From assembly GCA_963662795.1 (NCBI GenBank), contig OY759746.1, positions 3,867,450-3,931,449 of the forward strand: a DNA stretch of 64,000 nucleotides. The letters run 5' to 3'. A model generated the notes under the pieces. That model was given only the letters and a program-made list of their open reading frames with translations. It did not search any database and was not told the origin of the DNA. The translations under genes and the position numbers were made by a program. The stretch is from Spirochaetia bacterium. GTDB lineage: Bacteria; Spirochaetota; Spirochaetia; CADAEX01. Shown one piece after another: positions 37,840-48,040 of this stretch (positions within the stretch are counted from its first letter, which is position 1; every line of letters begins with the position of its first letter).

Positions 37840-39048
37840 CTAAAATTGGAGTCCATAGGTAAGTGTAACAGACATAGCCCTGCCGTCAATCCTGCTACCG
37901 GCAAGTGGAAAGCAGACATACATAGTGGCAGTCCCTACCGACAGGATTTCCGAGAACAAGCCCAATCCGGCTGATGAAATCTCCCCTCCGTCTTCAAGCC
38001 ATCCTCCGTCCCCGTCTGAGGAGGATTCATCATATCCGTCAAGCCGGCCGAATACTGCATAATCAAGGAAAGCAAGAAATCCTGGACGGAGCAGTTTTCT
38101 TCCGGCATTGTCTTTTATCTGTCTCATGATAAAACGGAGTTCAATATTGTTTATCGCCTTGATTTCTCCGTCAAACCGTCTTGATTCAAAGCCCCGGACC
38201 ATGCCGCCGGCGCCGTTTTTGGGCCGCAGGATACCGTAAGTCTGCCTCGCGGTAAGCGGTATCAAATCACCTTTTACGAAGTCAATGCCCGCATAGTCGG
38301 AAAGATATACTGCCTGCAGAAAATCCTGTTTCGCGCCAGCCTCATAAAAAGGGATAAACGCTTTGGCGCCGGCGAAATACTTGATAAAGTCCGACTCCCC
38401 TGTTACATCGTTTAAAAACCACTTCGGACCTGATTCAAGCGCAAATTCTGCGTAATATCCTTCCTTAAGGCCGCTTTCCCTGTTAAAAAAAACATCATCA
38501 TAAACCAGGGCTGCGATAATTGTATTTAGAAGAATCCCGTCCCTGTCCGGGCGGAGTGAGTCAAAAATAACGGAATCCTGCTGCGCCAGATTAAAGTTCC
38601 ACTCACGGAGACCGCGGTATTTAAGACGTAGTGACAGAAGATTTTTTTCGCTGCTGCTGTTCCACAACAGCCCCTGCTCTATCCCGGCACCCCAGTTGGT
38701 ATTCAATCGTGTGTAAAGGTAATCCGCGCTGCTGCTGTCTGCGTAAAGATCAGCCTCATCCCTGTAGTATCCCAGCTCCCTTACCGCGCCTCCGGCAGAA
38801 AGAAAGAGTATTGTATCAGTTTTATCAGAAATACCGTTCTCAAGTATCCTGCAGAAATCAAAATCCATTCCCCAGAACCTCAAGTGGCTGTCAATGTAAA
38901 AACTGTCCCTCTCTGAGGAAATCATCTCTTTGGGAAGTGTCCAGGCGGGAAGGGCTGTGAGTATTATAATGATATAAAAGAAGATGCGGGGGATCCTGAG
39001 CCTATTATCTGCCGAGGATCTCCCTGAAAAACTTAAAGAAAAGCTCAT
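37840..39048 (-). CDS. Omp85/BamA-TamA superfamily beta-barrel protein
   Basis: VRGF motif, ELRF, FLD, terminal Phe (YGLQF). Confidence 0.7.
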   Translation of the reverse strand: MSFSLSFSGRSSADNRLRIPRIFFYIIIILTALPAWTLPKEMISSERDSFYIDSHLRFWGMDFDFCRILENGISDKTDTILFLSAGGAVRELGYYRDEADLYADSSSADYLYTRLNTNWGAGIEQGLLWNSSSEKNLLSLRLKYRGLREWNFNLAQQDSVIFDSLRPDRDGILLNTIIAALVYDDVFFNRESGLKEGYYAEFALESGPKWFLNDVTGESDFIKYFAGAKAFIPFYEAGAKQDFLQAVYLSDYAGIDFVKGDLIPLTARQTYGILRPKNGAGGMVRGFESRRFDGEIKAINNIELRFIMRQIKDNAGRKLLRPGFLAFLDYAVFGRLDGYDESSSDGDGGWLEDGGEISSAGLGLFSEILSVGTATMYVCFPLAGSRIDGRAMSVTLTYGLQF

Positions 39049-40105
39049 TTTCCCTTCTCCTTCCTATGGTAACCCTTATACAGGAGGGGAAATTGTAGCT
39101 TCCGGCAGGGCGCACAATAATCCCTTTTTTTGTAAGTTTATCCGCTATCTCCCTGCCGTCCTTCCCTGTATCGATAAGTATATAGTTAGTCTGGCTCTTG
39201 TAGTACTTAAGGTCCATATCATCAAGGCTGCTGTAATAATATTTTTTTTCCTCTGCCGTTTCCATGATTGTAGTGCTGAAAAATTCATCATCATCAAGCG
39301 CTTCGAGGGCAAGGTTTTCCGCGATAATCGAAACATCAAACGGCGGCTTTACCCTCTGCACAAGACCGATAAGCTCAGGGCTGCTGATTCCGTATCCCAT
39401 CCTGACTCCTGCAAGGCCGTATATTTTCGAAAAGGTTCTTAAAATAAACAGGTTTTTCATCCCTTCCCGGATCATTTTAACTGAAGACGGCCTGTATTTT
39501 TCCTCTGTAAACTCGATATATGCCTCATCAAGAAAGATTATAATCCTTTCAGGCACTTTTCTAATAAAATCTTCAAGCTGATCAACAGGCAGAACTTCTC
39601 CTGTCGGATTATTGGGATTGCAGATATAGATCATCTTTGTTTTATCAGTAATTTTGCTCCGGATATCATCAAGGTCAATCCCTGTTCCCTTCATTTTGGT
39701 AAAGACAGGCACTCCCCTCATTATCCTTGTAATGGTTTCATACACGGAAAAGGTTATTTCAGGAATCAGCGTCTCATCGCCCTGCTCTATGAAGGCCATC
39801 CCCGAGTTGTAGATAATACCGTCACCGCCGTTTCCTGTCGTGATATTTTCAGGCGAAAGGGCAAGTTTTTCAGCGAATTTACCCATCAGATCAGGGTTGT
39901 ATATTTCAGGATAGATATGAAGTGATTTTTCAAGTTCCCTGTATAGTTTCCTTGCTTTGGTTGATGCGCCGCGCGGGTTTTCATTTGACGCCATTTTATG
40001 TATTTCAGGGACGCTTATTTCCCTTTCAACCTGTTTTTTTGATTTGCCGGGAACATATTCCTTAATACTGAGTATCCCGCTGTTTGCGTAATCTTCAATC
40101 TTCAA
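39005..40105 (-). CDS. hisC: Histidinol-phosphate aminotransferase
   Basis: ASNENP, NPNNPTG, DEAY, RTFSKIYGLAGVRMG. Confidence 0.9.
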   Translation of the reverse strand: MKIEDYANSGILSIKEYVPGKSKKQVEREISVPEIHKMASNENPRGASTKARKLYRELEKSLHIYPEIYNPDLMGKFAEKLALSPENITTGNGGDGIIYNSGMAFIEQGDETLIPEITFSVYETITRIMRGVPVFTKMKGTGIDLDDIRSKITDKTKMIYICNPNNPTGEVLPVDQLEDFIRKVPERIIIFLDEAYIEFTEEKYRPSSVKMIREGMKNLFILRTFSKIYGLAGVRMGYGISSPELIGLVQRVKPPFDVSIIAENLALEALDDDEFFSTTIMETAEEKKYYYSSLDDMDLKYYKSQTNYILIDTGKDGREIADKLTKKGIIVRPAGSYNFPSCIRVTIGRRRENELFFKFFREILGR

Positions 40106-40286
40106 TTTTCTACTCCATTCAGGCGGCCGGCGCTCAGCTTTTTGATGCCGCACAGTTAATATTTTATGAATATACCTTATATTGTCAGGCAGGAAAACTC
40201 AATAATTGCCTGCCTGCAGTCTCTCTTTTAATTACGGCGGAGGCGTAATAGTTAAATCAATAAGCAGAATAATTATCAGCCTTCAG

Positions 40287-40772
40287 TTATTTTATAAAAA
40301 AACGCGCAATTACCGGATAGAAGATAACCACACTTAATATTCTTGAAAGATGGATTATCGCGACTGTCGGCACATGCGCCTTGTATGAATCTGCTATTAT
40401 AGTCATCTCGTTAAGGCCGCCGGGACTGCAGCTGAAGAGTGCCGTAACAAGGTCAAGGTCAGTAAATTTTGTAAGCACGATTGCTGAAAAAAGAGAGAAA
40501 ACAAACAAAAGCCCCACAAATATGGCAACAGGTATAACAAGTTCCCTGAATCCCCGCAACACAGTCATGGAGAGACCTGTACCTATTATTCCTCCCAGTA
40601 TTATCTGGGCAAGTATCTTTAACTGGGAAGGTATTACAGCATTCCCGGTAAGAATATTATAAGCGGCAACAGCAGTCATTGCACCCATAAATGTGCCGGC
40701 AGGAAGCCCGAGTTTATAGCCGGCAAGTCCTCCGGCTGCAGCGACAAAACATGTTATAATTATCTTTTCCAA
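40287..40772 (-). CDS. AbrB-family membrane protein (single repeat)
   Basis: PAG..G, QIILG..IG, SPGGLNEM, HLSR. Confidence 0.8.
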   Translation of the reverse strand: MEKIIITCFVAAAGGLAGYKLGLPAGTFMGAMTAVAAYNILTGNAVIPSQLKILAQIILGGIIGTGLSMTVLRGFRELVIPVAIFVGLLFVFSLFSAIVLTKFTDLDLVTALFSCSPGGLNEMTIIADSYKAHVPTVAIIHLSRILSVVIFYPVIARFFIK

Positions 40773-40978
40773 TGTGGTTCCTCTTTAAGCGTTTCCGCGT
40801 TGTTATTTAAAATTTGTTTTATTTCCAGAAACCGGCTTTAAACATAAGGCAAAGCCGACGCTATATGTCCATTCTATTATATTCAAAGAAAAGTTTACAG
40901 CAAAGTCTTGAAATTGTTAGCCAAAATTTAATAATTATTGATATACTCAATATCAGCATTGTTTTTCAGGGGGGAGAT

Positions 40979-42820
40979 TTGCATTTACAACATTCAAAAC
41001 CTTTTAAGCCGGGAATCAGTAAGCTCTTGCCTTTAAAATTCATGGCCCTGATCATACCCGCACTTATTATATCATCCTGTTCAGACCCCGAGGCTATAAC
41101 CGGAAACCCCCTCCATAGCGTAAAAACCATTCCAGGAACAGCATCTTCCATTCTTCCCGTAAGATGGGAGATAGGAAAATACGGTGGAATCTGGAGAGAC
41201 ACCTACAGCGAAGATCCAAAGAGCTATAACCCTTTTTCAAACCTTGACGGAACCCACTCGATAGTAACAGGGCTTATTCTTGATTACCTTTTTGATTACG
41301 ACCCTTATTCGAGAGAGTGGAAAGGTAATATCATTGAGGACTACAGCGTGGAATTTGATGAGACAAAAGATACCATGGAGCTTCTTTGCACACTCAGGAG
41401 CAATATTTTCTGGAGCGACGGAATTCAGATGACTTCAGATGATGTCCTCTGGTGGTTTGAAAACATAGACGGGGATGCGGAAATTGACCCCATAGGAGCA
41501 AGCGGACAGTTTATTACAATGCCTGACGGGTCAAGGGAAAAATACCGTATGGAAAAAACAGGAAAACTTTCCTTTAAGTATATATTTCCCCGGATCATAG
41601 GAAATCCGCTGCTTGTCGTAAATACCGGTTCTGTAATCCCTAAGCATATATGGGAGCCTGTGCTTGCCAAAGGAAAGGATGCTGTAAAGGCATTCTGGGG
41701 CATTACTACAAAACCTGAAGACCTCGTAGGCAACGGACCTTTTCTTCTTGAGGAAAACAAACCGGGAGAAAGGCTTGTTTTCAAGCGCAATCCGAATTAC
41801 TGGATGACTGACGCGAGAGGGAACAAGCTTCCCTATATTGACAGGATGATTCTTTCCCAGATTCCCGACAGCAATGCAGAGCTCCTGAAATTCCAGAAGG
41901 GAGAGACTGAGGCCTATCCGATGAGGGGGCAGGATATGGCAACCCTTCTCCCTGAATCTGAAAAAGGGGATTTCACGATATGGAACGGAGGTCCTTCATC
42001 AGGCTACCCTGCCCTTATCTTTAATCATAAAAAAGAAGCCCTTTCTCCCGGCAGATACGCCCTTTTCACAAATCCTTCATTCAAAAAAGGGATAAGCTGC
42101 CTCATAGACAGGGAGACAATAATCAACCAGACAATAAACGGCCTTGCAGAGCCTCTTTACCATATTATTTCTGAGACCAATAAATACTATAACCCTGAAT
42201 TCGCATCAAGGTACTCCTACAACCCTGCCGAAGCCGCAAGACTTTTCGAAGAAGCAGGCTTGAGAGAAAAAAACAGGGAAGGTTATTTTCTTGACTCTGA
42301 AGGAAACACAGTAGCTTTCGATATTCTCACAAGCAGCAGCGACCCGATACTGCATGATTACCTCAATATCATCATTACAGACATGAAAAAAGCCGGAATC
42401 AAGGCAAATTTGACAGTCGCTGATTTTAACGTAATTGTGCAGAAACTGCTTTACACAGGAGAGTGGGACTGTTACCTCGCAAGCTTCAGTTTCCCGACCT
42501 TCCCTGAACAGTGGAATAACTTATGGCTTTCAAGCGGTAACCTGCATTACTGGAACCCGTCGCAGGAAACACCCGCCCTTGAATGGGAAAAAAAGATAGA
42601 CAAACTCTACAACGCGCTGATTTATACATTCAGGGATGATAAAATCAGGGAATACTATGATGATTTCCAGAAAACACTTATAGATGAAATGGTAATAATA
42701 CCGATATTCCGGAAATACACCTTCAGCGCGTTCAGAAACAAATGGGGCAACATTAACTGGGGCTTCGGATATTCTGCCGGTGACGGGTACAGAAGGATTT
42801 ATCTCAAGGAAGAAGAATGA
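40979..42820 (+). CDS. Peptide/nickel ABC substrate-binding lipoprotein (family 5)
   Basis: Lipobox ISSC, DPKSYNP, WSDG..TSDDV, GNGPF, RNPNYW; start uncertain. Confidence 0.88.
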   Translation: MHLQHSKPFKPGISKLLPLKFMALIIPALIISSCSDPEAITGNPLHSVKTIPGTASSILPVRWEIGKYGGIWRDTYSEDPKSYNPFSNLDGTHSIVTGLILDYLFDYDPYSREWKGNIIEDYSVEFDETKDTMELLCTLRSNIFWSDGIQMTSDDVLWWFENIDGDAEIDPIGASGQFITMPDGSREKYRMEKTGKLSFKYIFPRIIGNPLLVVNTGSVIPKHIWEPVLAKGKDAVKAFWGITTKPEDLVGNGPFLLEENKPGERLVFKRNPNYWMTDARGNKLPYIDRMILSQIPDSNAELLKFQKGETEAYPMRGQDMATLLPESEKGDFTIWNGGPSSGYPALIFNHKKEALSPGRYALFTNPSFKKGISCLIDRETIINQTINGLAEPLYHIISETNKYYNPEFASRYSYNPAEAARLFEEAGLREKNREGYFLDSEGNTVAFDILTSSSDPILHDYLNIIITDMKKAGIKANLTVADFNVIVQKLLYTGEWDCYLASFSFPTFPEQWNNLWLSSGNLHYWNPSQETPALEWEKKIDKLYNALIYTFRDDKIREYYDDFQKTLIDEMVIIPIFRKYTFSAFRNKWGNINWGFGYSAGDGYRRIYLKEEE

Positions 42821-43866
42821 AAACAGCATCAAATATTCTAAAGGGTGTCAATGAATCGCTTTTCATGAGAGTGCTTTACAGTTTTTCATCAGGACACCCT
42901 CTGCTCTCATTTATTTTGAGGCGGTTTGCCGCTATGATTCCGGTTCTGCTTATAACTGTTTTCTTTTTCTTTTTTTTCATGAGTCTCGCTCCGGGAGATT
43001 TTTTTACCGCATATTACCAGAACCCGGAAATAAACCCGGATGTAATAAATTATTACAGGGATGAGTTTGGCCTTGACAAGCCGTTTTTTACCCAGTTTGC
43101 CCTCTGGCTCAAGAAAGTCATCTTTGACCATGATCTCGGGATGTCTTTTTCATACAGACAGCCGATACTCGACCTTGTAAACACAAGGATATGGAACACT
43201 GTCTTTCTCAATTTTTTCTCCCTTATTTTTTCAATAATCTTCTCATATCCTGTCGCGTTCTATTTCTCCTATAAACCCAACAGGGCGCTTGAGAAGGGGG
43301 TCAATTTTGTCACACTGCTTCTCTACTCTGTCCCGGCCTTTTTCCTTGCGCTTTTGGGTCTGATAATAGCAGCCAAAACAGGTCTTTTCCCTATAGGAGG
43401 GGCTACAAGCGAAACATACGGGACACTATCCTTAGCGGGCAAGTTCTATGACAGGCTCCACCATATAGCGCTCCCTGTTCTGATCGGGTTTATAGGAGGG
43501 ATAGCAGGTTCAATCCGGAGCATGAAAGTGCTCTTAAGCGAAGAGTTTAATAAACCCTACATAACTGCGGTGAGGGCAAAGGGAGGGACAAAACCTGTTA
43601 TTATAAAGCACGCTTTCAGAAACGCCCTTATCCCGTTCATCACAGGAATATCGGGAATGTTTGCGGGGCTGATCGGAGGCTCTCTCTTTGTCGAGATAAT
43701 TTTTGCCTATCCCGGGATCGGGAGACTCATGTATGATGCCACACTGCGGCAGGATTACTATCTTGTCCTCACAAACATGATATTAAGCGACCTGCTTGTC
43801 CTTGCAGGGATTATGATATCGGATATTCTTCTTGCAGCGGCTGACCCAAGGGTGAGGATAAAATGA
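42817..43866 (+). CDS. Peptide ABC permease (OppB/DppB-like)
   Basis: APGD, GLDKP, RAKG, HAFRNALIP, DPRVR. Confidence 0.92.
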   Translation: MKTASNILKGVNESLFMRVLYSFSSGHPLLSFILRRFAAMIPVLLITVFFFFFFMSLAPGDFFTAYYQNPEINPDVINYYRDEFGLDKPFFTQFALWLKKVIFDHDLGMSFSYRQPILDLVNTRIWNTVFLNFFSLIFSIIFSYPVAFYFSYKPNRALEKGVNFVTLLLYSVPAFFLALLGLIIAAKTGLFPIGGATSETYGTLSLAGKFYDRLHHIALPVLIGFIGGIAGSIRSMKVLLSEEFNKPYITAVRAKGGTKPVIIKHAFRNALIPFITGISGMFAGLIGGSLFVEIIFAYPGIGRLMYDATLRQDYYLVLTNMILSDLLVLAGIMISDILLAAADPRVRIK

Positions 43867-44939
43867 GGGAAGTCATCAACCGGATCAGACACAGTATTCC
43901 GTACCTTAAATTCAAAAAACAGAAATGGGCAGTGTTAAGCCTTTTCATCCTTCTTATCATGTACGCCGCCATTCCTTTTGAGGGCTTTTTTTCTCCCTTC
44001 GCCCCCAATACCAAGTTCAAGACAAAATCGTACCATCCGCCCCATGTTATCCATCTTTTCCATGAAAACCGCTTTTTAGGCCCCTTTGTCTATGAGTATG
44101 AAATGGTTAATCCATATTTCAAGACTTACCAGACAGACAGGAGCAGGATTCACAGGATAAAACTGTTTGTAAAAGGTGACAGCTATAAACTCTTCTTTTT
44201 TATACCGTCTGATATTCACCTTTTCGGGACAGATGACGGCTCACAGTATTTCCCGCTCGGGACAGACCGGCTTGGAAGGGACATGTTTTCAAGGATCATA
44301 TACGGGGCAAAGGTATCACTCAGCATAGGATTTGTAAGTATCTTCATGGCTCTCTTCGGAGGGATAATTGTCGGCGGAATCTCGGGATACGCTGGCGGAT
44401 TTGCCGACTGGATAATAATGAGGGTCTGCGAGGTTATTATACTTCTGCCGACCTTCTATTTTTTCCTCTTTCTAAGGTCAGTTCTCCCTTCAGACATATC
44501 CCCTGCCCAGAAGTTTTTCTATATAACATTGATTCTTGCTGTCCCGAGCTGGGCAGGCAGTGCCCGGGGGATCAGGAACTGGACACTCTCACTTAAACAC
44601 GCCGATTACGTGACATCGGCAAGAATCAGCGGAGTAAGCCCGATTATCATAATACTGCGCCACATAATACCCCAGATAAGGAACATCCTTATCCTGAGCA
44701 TCACATTAAGCATTCCGGGCGTTATTCTCGGAGAGGCGGGCTTGAGCTTTCTTAATCTCGGCATAACAGAGCCCTCTGTCAGCTGGGGAATGCTGATGAG
44801 CGCGGCAATGGATATAAACATACTTATTCAGTACCCATGGGTGCTTTATCCCGCTTTTGTCATAATAATAACTGTATTCTGCTTTTTCTCGCTCGGATAC
44901 AGCCTGAAGAGCGCATTTGACCCGAAAGGAGAGGTTTGA
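43863..44939 (+). CDS. Peptide ABC permease (OppC/DppC-like)
   Basis: LGTDRLGRD, HIIP, EAGLSFL, SWG. Confidence 0.92.
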   Translation: MREVINRIRHSIPYLKFKKQKWAVLSLFILLIMYAAIPFEGFFSPFAPNTKFKTKSYHPPHVIHLFHENRFLGPFVYEYEMVNPYFKTYQTDRSRIHRIKLFVKGDSYKLFFFIPSDIHLFGTDDGSQYFPLGTDRLGRDMFSRIIYGAKVSLSIGFVSIFMALFGGIIVGGISGYAGGFADWIIMRVCEVIILLPTFYFFLFLRSVLPSDISPAQKFFYITLILAVPSWAGSARGIRNWTLSLKHADYVTSARISGVSPIIIILRHIIPQIRNILILSITLSIPGVILGEAGLSFLNLGITEPSVSWGMLMSAAMDINILIQYPWVLYPAFVIIITVFCFFSLGYSLKSAFDPKGEV

Positions 44940-45919
44940 TGATGAATGATGAAATTATTCTTGAAGTTAAAAACCTCACCACAAGATTCGATGTGCTTGA
45001 TAAAACAATTACAGCGGTTGACGGAATCAGCTTTGAGCTTTACAAAAATGAAATCCTCGCGATTGTAGGGGAATCCGGAAGCGGCAAAAGCGTAACCAAT
45101 TACTCAATAATGAACCTGATCGACCCTCCGGGCATCATTGAAAAGGAATCCGGTATTTTTTACAGAAGAGAGAATCTTCTAAGTTTTGATGAGAAAAAAA
45201 TGGCGGACATTAGGGGGAACAAGATCGCGATGATTTTCCAGGAGCCCTCATCTTCTTTTAACCCGCTATTCAGGATAGGGCCGCAGATCGGGGAAGGGCT
45301 GCGCCTTCACATGAAAAAAACCCGCGAAGAAGCAGTGGACAGGGCAGGAGAACTGCTTGAAAGCGTTCACATTCCGGGCGCAAAAGGGCGGGTTCTTGAC
45401 TTTCCGTTTCAGATGTCGGGGGGAATGCTGCAGAGGGCAATGGTTGCACAGGCCCTTGCCTGCTCTCCTGATATTCTCCTTGCAGATGAGCCTACAACAG
45501 CCCTTGATGTTACAACTCAGGCGCAGATCCTCGCCCTTTTAAAGGAAAAATCAGGGGAAAAAGGGATGTCGATTATATTTGTAACGCACGATCTAGCGCT
45601 TGTTGAAAACTTTGCAGACAGGGTAATAATCCTTTATAACGGAAGGATTATGGAAAAAGGTAAAGCATCGGATGTTTTTTCTTCTCCCAAAAACCCCTAT
45701 ACCGAAGATCTTCTTAAAGCTGTACCCAGGATGGGAATATTTAAAGACAGCCATCTCCTTTATACAATCAAGGGAAAAACCCCTGCTCCTGAAGAGATAA
45801 TCCCCGGATGCAGATACTCTCCAAGATGCGGAAAGTGTTTTGATTTGTGTTTGAAAAAAGAGCCTGAACTGTACAGGTCAGGAAACCAGTATACGAGGTG
45901 CCATCTTGCAGTCAAATAA
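44936..45919 (+). CDS. Peptide ABC ATP-binding protein (OppD/DppD-like)
   Basis: GESGSGKS, MSGGMLQR, DEPTTALD, C-terminal Cys cluster. Confidence 0.93.
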   Translation: MMMNDEIILEVKNLTTRFDVLDKTITAVDGISFELYKNEILAIVGESGSGKSVTNYSIMNLIDPPGIIEKESGIFYRRENLLSFDEKKMADIRGNKIAMIFQEPSSSFNPLFRIGPQIGEGLRLHMKKTREEAVDRAGELLESVHIPGAKGRVLDFPFQMSGGMLQRAMVAQALACSPDILLADEPTTALDVTTQAQILALLKEKSGEKGMSIIFVTHDLALVENFADRVIILYNGRIMEKGKASDVFSSPKNPYTEDLLKAVPRMGIFKDSHLLYTIKGKTPAPEEIIPGCRYSPRCGKCFDLCLKKEPELYRSGNQYTRCHLAVK

Positions 45920-46997
45920 AACCATGCCGGATTCATTACAAAGCAGATACAGAAAAATCCTTTCCGCGCAAAATATTGTAAAGAGGTTCCCGGTTAAGGC
46001 CGGAGGATTCTCAAGCTCGGCAATGTATGTTCACGCCCTGAACTCTGTATCGTTTGATATCTACGAAAACAGCACACTCGGCCTTGTAGGTGAGTCGGGA
46101 AGCGGTAAAACAACAACTGCAAGAACAATACTCAGGGTGCACGAGCCGGACAGCGGCAGGCTGTTTTTCAATCTACCTGATAAGCTGATGCAGGGAGAAC
46201 CGGATACAGAGGCTTCTGATGAGCATGATTTTTTCAAATACGACCGGATCAAACTTAAAAAAGAGCGTACCGGGATGCAGTATATCTTTCAGGACCCTTA
46301 TCTTGCCCTTAATCCCAAGATGGAGATAGGAGATATTATTACAGAACCGGCTTCCTCTGCGAAAAAGATGACCCGGGAAGAGAGGGATAAACTGGCGAAA
46401 CACCTGCTTGATATAGTGGGGATTACATCTGCATCTTTTTCAAAGTTTCCCCACGAATTTTCAGGAGGCCAAAGACAGAGGATATCGATTGCAAGATCAA
46501 TATCGGTAAATCCGAAGCTTATAATATGCGATGAGCCTGTCTCGTCGCTTGATGTTTCTATACAGTCCCAGATATTGAATCTTCTGATAGAGCTCCAGAG
46601 GGAATCAGGCATATCCTATCTTTTTATAGCCCATAACCTTGCGGTAGTTTTTTACATGAGCGATTTTGTGGCAGTTATGTATGCGGGAAGAATTGTCGAA
46701 TATTCATCTTCAAGAGAGCTGTACGACAATCCTCTGCATCCCTATACACAGCTTTTAAGAAGCGTAGTCCCCGAAATAGGTAAAGGCAAAAAGATTTATG
46801 ATAAAAAAGCCCAGGGTGAAGTTCCCTCGCTTGTAAATCTCCCCCCGGGGTGCCCGTTTTACAACAGGTGCATAAAAAGGATTGACGACATCTGCGATAA
46901 AGTTCTGCCGCCTCTCGTCAAAGTTTCAGATAACGGCGGTCCTTCGGGGCATCTTTGCGCCTGTCATGCTGTCCGTAGGTGCAGCCATCTGAGTTAA
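45906..46997 (+). CDS. Peptide ABC ATP-binding protein (OppF/DppF-like)
   Basis: GESGSGKT, FSGGQRQR, DEPVSSLD, HPYT, ACH. Confidence 0.93.
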   Translation: MQSNKTMPDSLQSRYRKILSAQNIVKRFPVKAGGFSSSAMYVHALNSVSFDIYENSTLGLVGESGSGKTTTARTILRVHEPDSGRLFFNLPDKLMQGEPDTEASDEHDFFKYDRIKLKKERTGMQYIFQDPYLALNPKMEIGDIITEPASSAKKMTREERDKLAKHLLDIVGITSASFSKFPHEFSGGQRQRISIARSISVNPKLIICDEPVSSLDVSIQSQILNLLIELQRESGISYLFIAHNLAVVFYMSDFVAVMYAGRIVEYSSSRELYDNPLHPYTQLLRSVVPEIGKGKKIYDKKAQGEVPSLVNLPPGCPFYNRCIKRIDDICDKVLPPLVKVSDNGGPSGHLCACHAVRRCSHLS

Positions 46998-47107
46998 AGG
47001 CTGTCCGTAGGTGCAGCCATCTGAGTTAAAGGCTGTCCGTAGGTGCAGCCATCTGAGTTAAAGGCTGTCCGTAGGTGCAGCCATCTGAGCTAAAGGCTGT
47101 CCGTAGG
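46968..47107. repeat. 32-bp tandem repeat, 4 full copies plus a 12-bp partial copy
   Basis: GCTGTCCGTAGGTGCAGCCATCTGAGTTAAAG at 46968, 47000, 47032 and 47064 (one T>C); partial copy at 47096. Confidence 0.97.
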
Positions 47108-47122
47108 ATAAGTCTGTAGGAC

Positions 47123-48040
47123 TTATCCTAGCCTGATCGCGCTCTTGTCACAGCATTTATTCACTTCTGCCTGCAATGTGACATGGCTTACTCCGTGATG
47201 TTCAACAAGAAAATGTTCTATTTCCTCATAAAGCTTTTCTGCTTCCGAGACTTTCATATCCTCAAGATCGATGTGTGCTTCGAAATAAATTGTCTTTTCA
47301 TTTCCAAGCCACGAATGAATGTGATGGATATTTTTGACCTTATCGATTTCTTCACTCTGTTTTTTAATTTCATCATAGTCAATATCAGCAGATGCCTGCA
47401 TCAGGATATTTATTGTTTTTTTAATTACATGCCATGTTTCCCTTAGAATATAAAAAGATATTAATATTGTTATAACCGGATCTATCCATACAACTGACCA
47501 TATTTTTATTGCAACTCCACCTGCCAAAACACCAATAGAAGATACTGTATCGCTTAAAAGATGAAGATAACTTGATTTTATATTCAGGTTTTCATTTGAA
47601 TCTTTTTCAAGAAGAAAAACAGAAATAAAATTGGCGGCAAGTCCGATTGAGGCAACTATGATCATAAGTGTTCCGTTAATTGTTTCAGGAAATTTAAATC
47701 TTTTAAATGCTTCAACAACAAGCCAGATAGAAATAGAAAACAGGGCTGTAGAGTTTATAAATGCAGAAATAATTTCTGCTCTTTTATAACCATACGTTTT
47801 TTTAATATCTTTGGGCTTTTGCGCAATTTTATTGGCAAAATATGATAGGGCAATTGCTACACAATCTCCCATGTTATGAAATGCGTCTGAGAGCAGGGCA
47901 AGACTGCCCGAAAGTACTCCTCCGATAATTTCTGTAATGGTTATTAGCGCATTTAAGACAGTAACCCAGAATATTTTTCTGCCGGATAAATTTGAAACAT
48001 CGTGGACATGCCCGGATTCTGTATGATTGTGATCACTCAT
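47123..48040 (-). CDS. Cation diffusion facilitator (CzcD-like)
   Basis: His-rich N-terminus, SLALLSDAFH, TYGYKRAE, HLLSD, HVTLQ. Confidence 0.92.
   Translation of the reverse strand: MSDHNHTESGHVHDVSNLSGRKIFWVTVLNALITITEIIGGVLSGSLALLSDAFHNMGDCVAIALSYFANKIAQKPKDIKKTYGYKRAEIISAFINSTALFSISIWLVVEAFKRFKFPETINGTLMIIVASIGLAANFISVFLLEKDSNENLNIKSSYLHLLSDTVSSIGVLAGGVAIKIWSVVWIDPVITILISFYILRETWHVIKKTINILMQASADIDYDEIKKQSEEIDKVKNIHHIHSWLGNEKTIYFEAHIDLEDMKVSEAEKLYEEIEHFLVEHHGVSHVTLQAEVNKCCDKSAIRLG

Noticed and set aside
46968-47107. CRISPR array (32-bp unit with an internal stem)
   Set aside because: The units are directly adjacent with no unique spacers, and there are no cas genes in the window.
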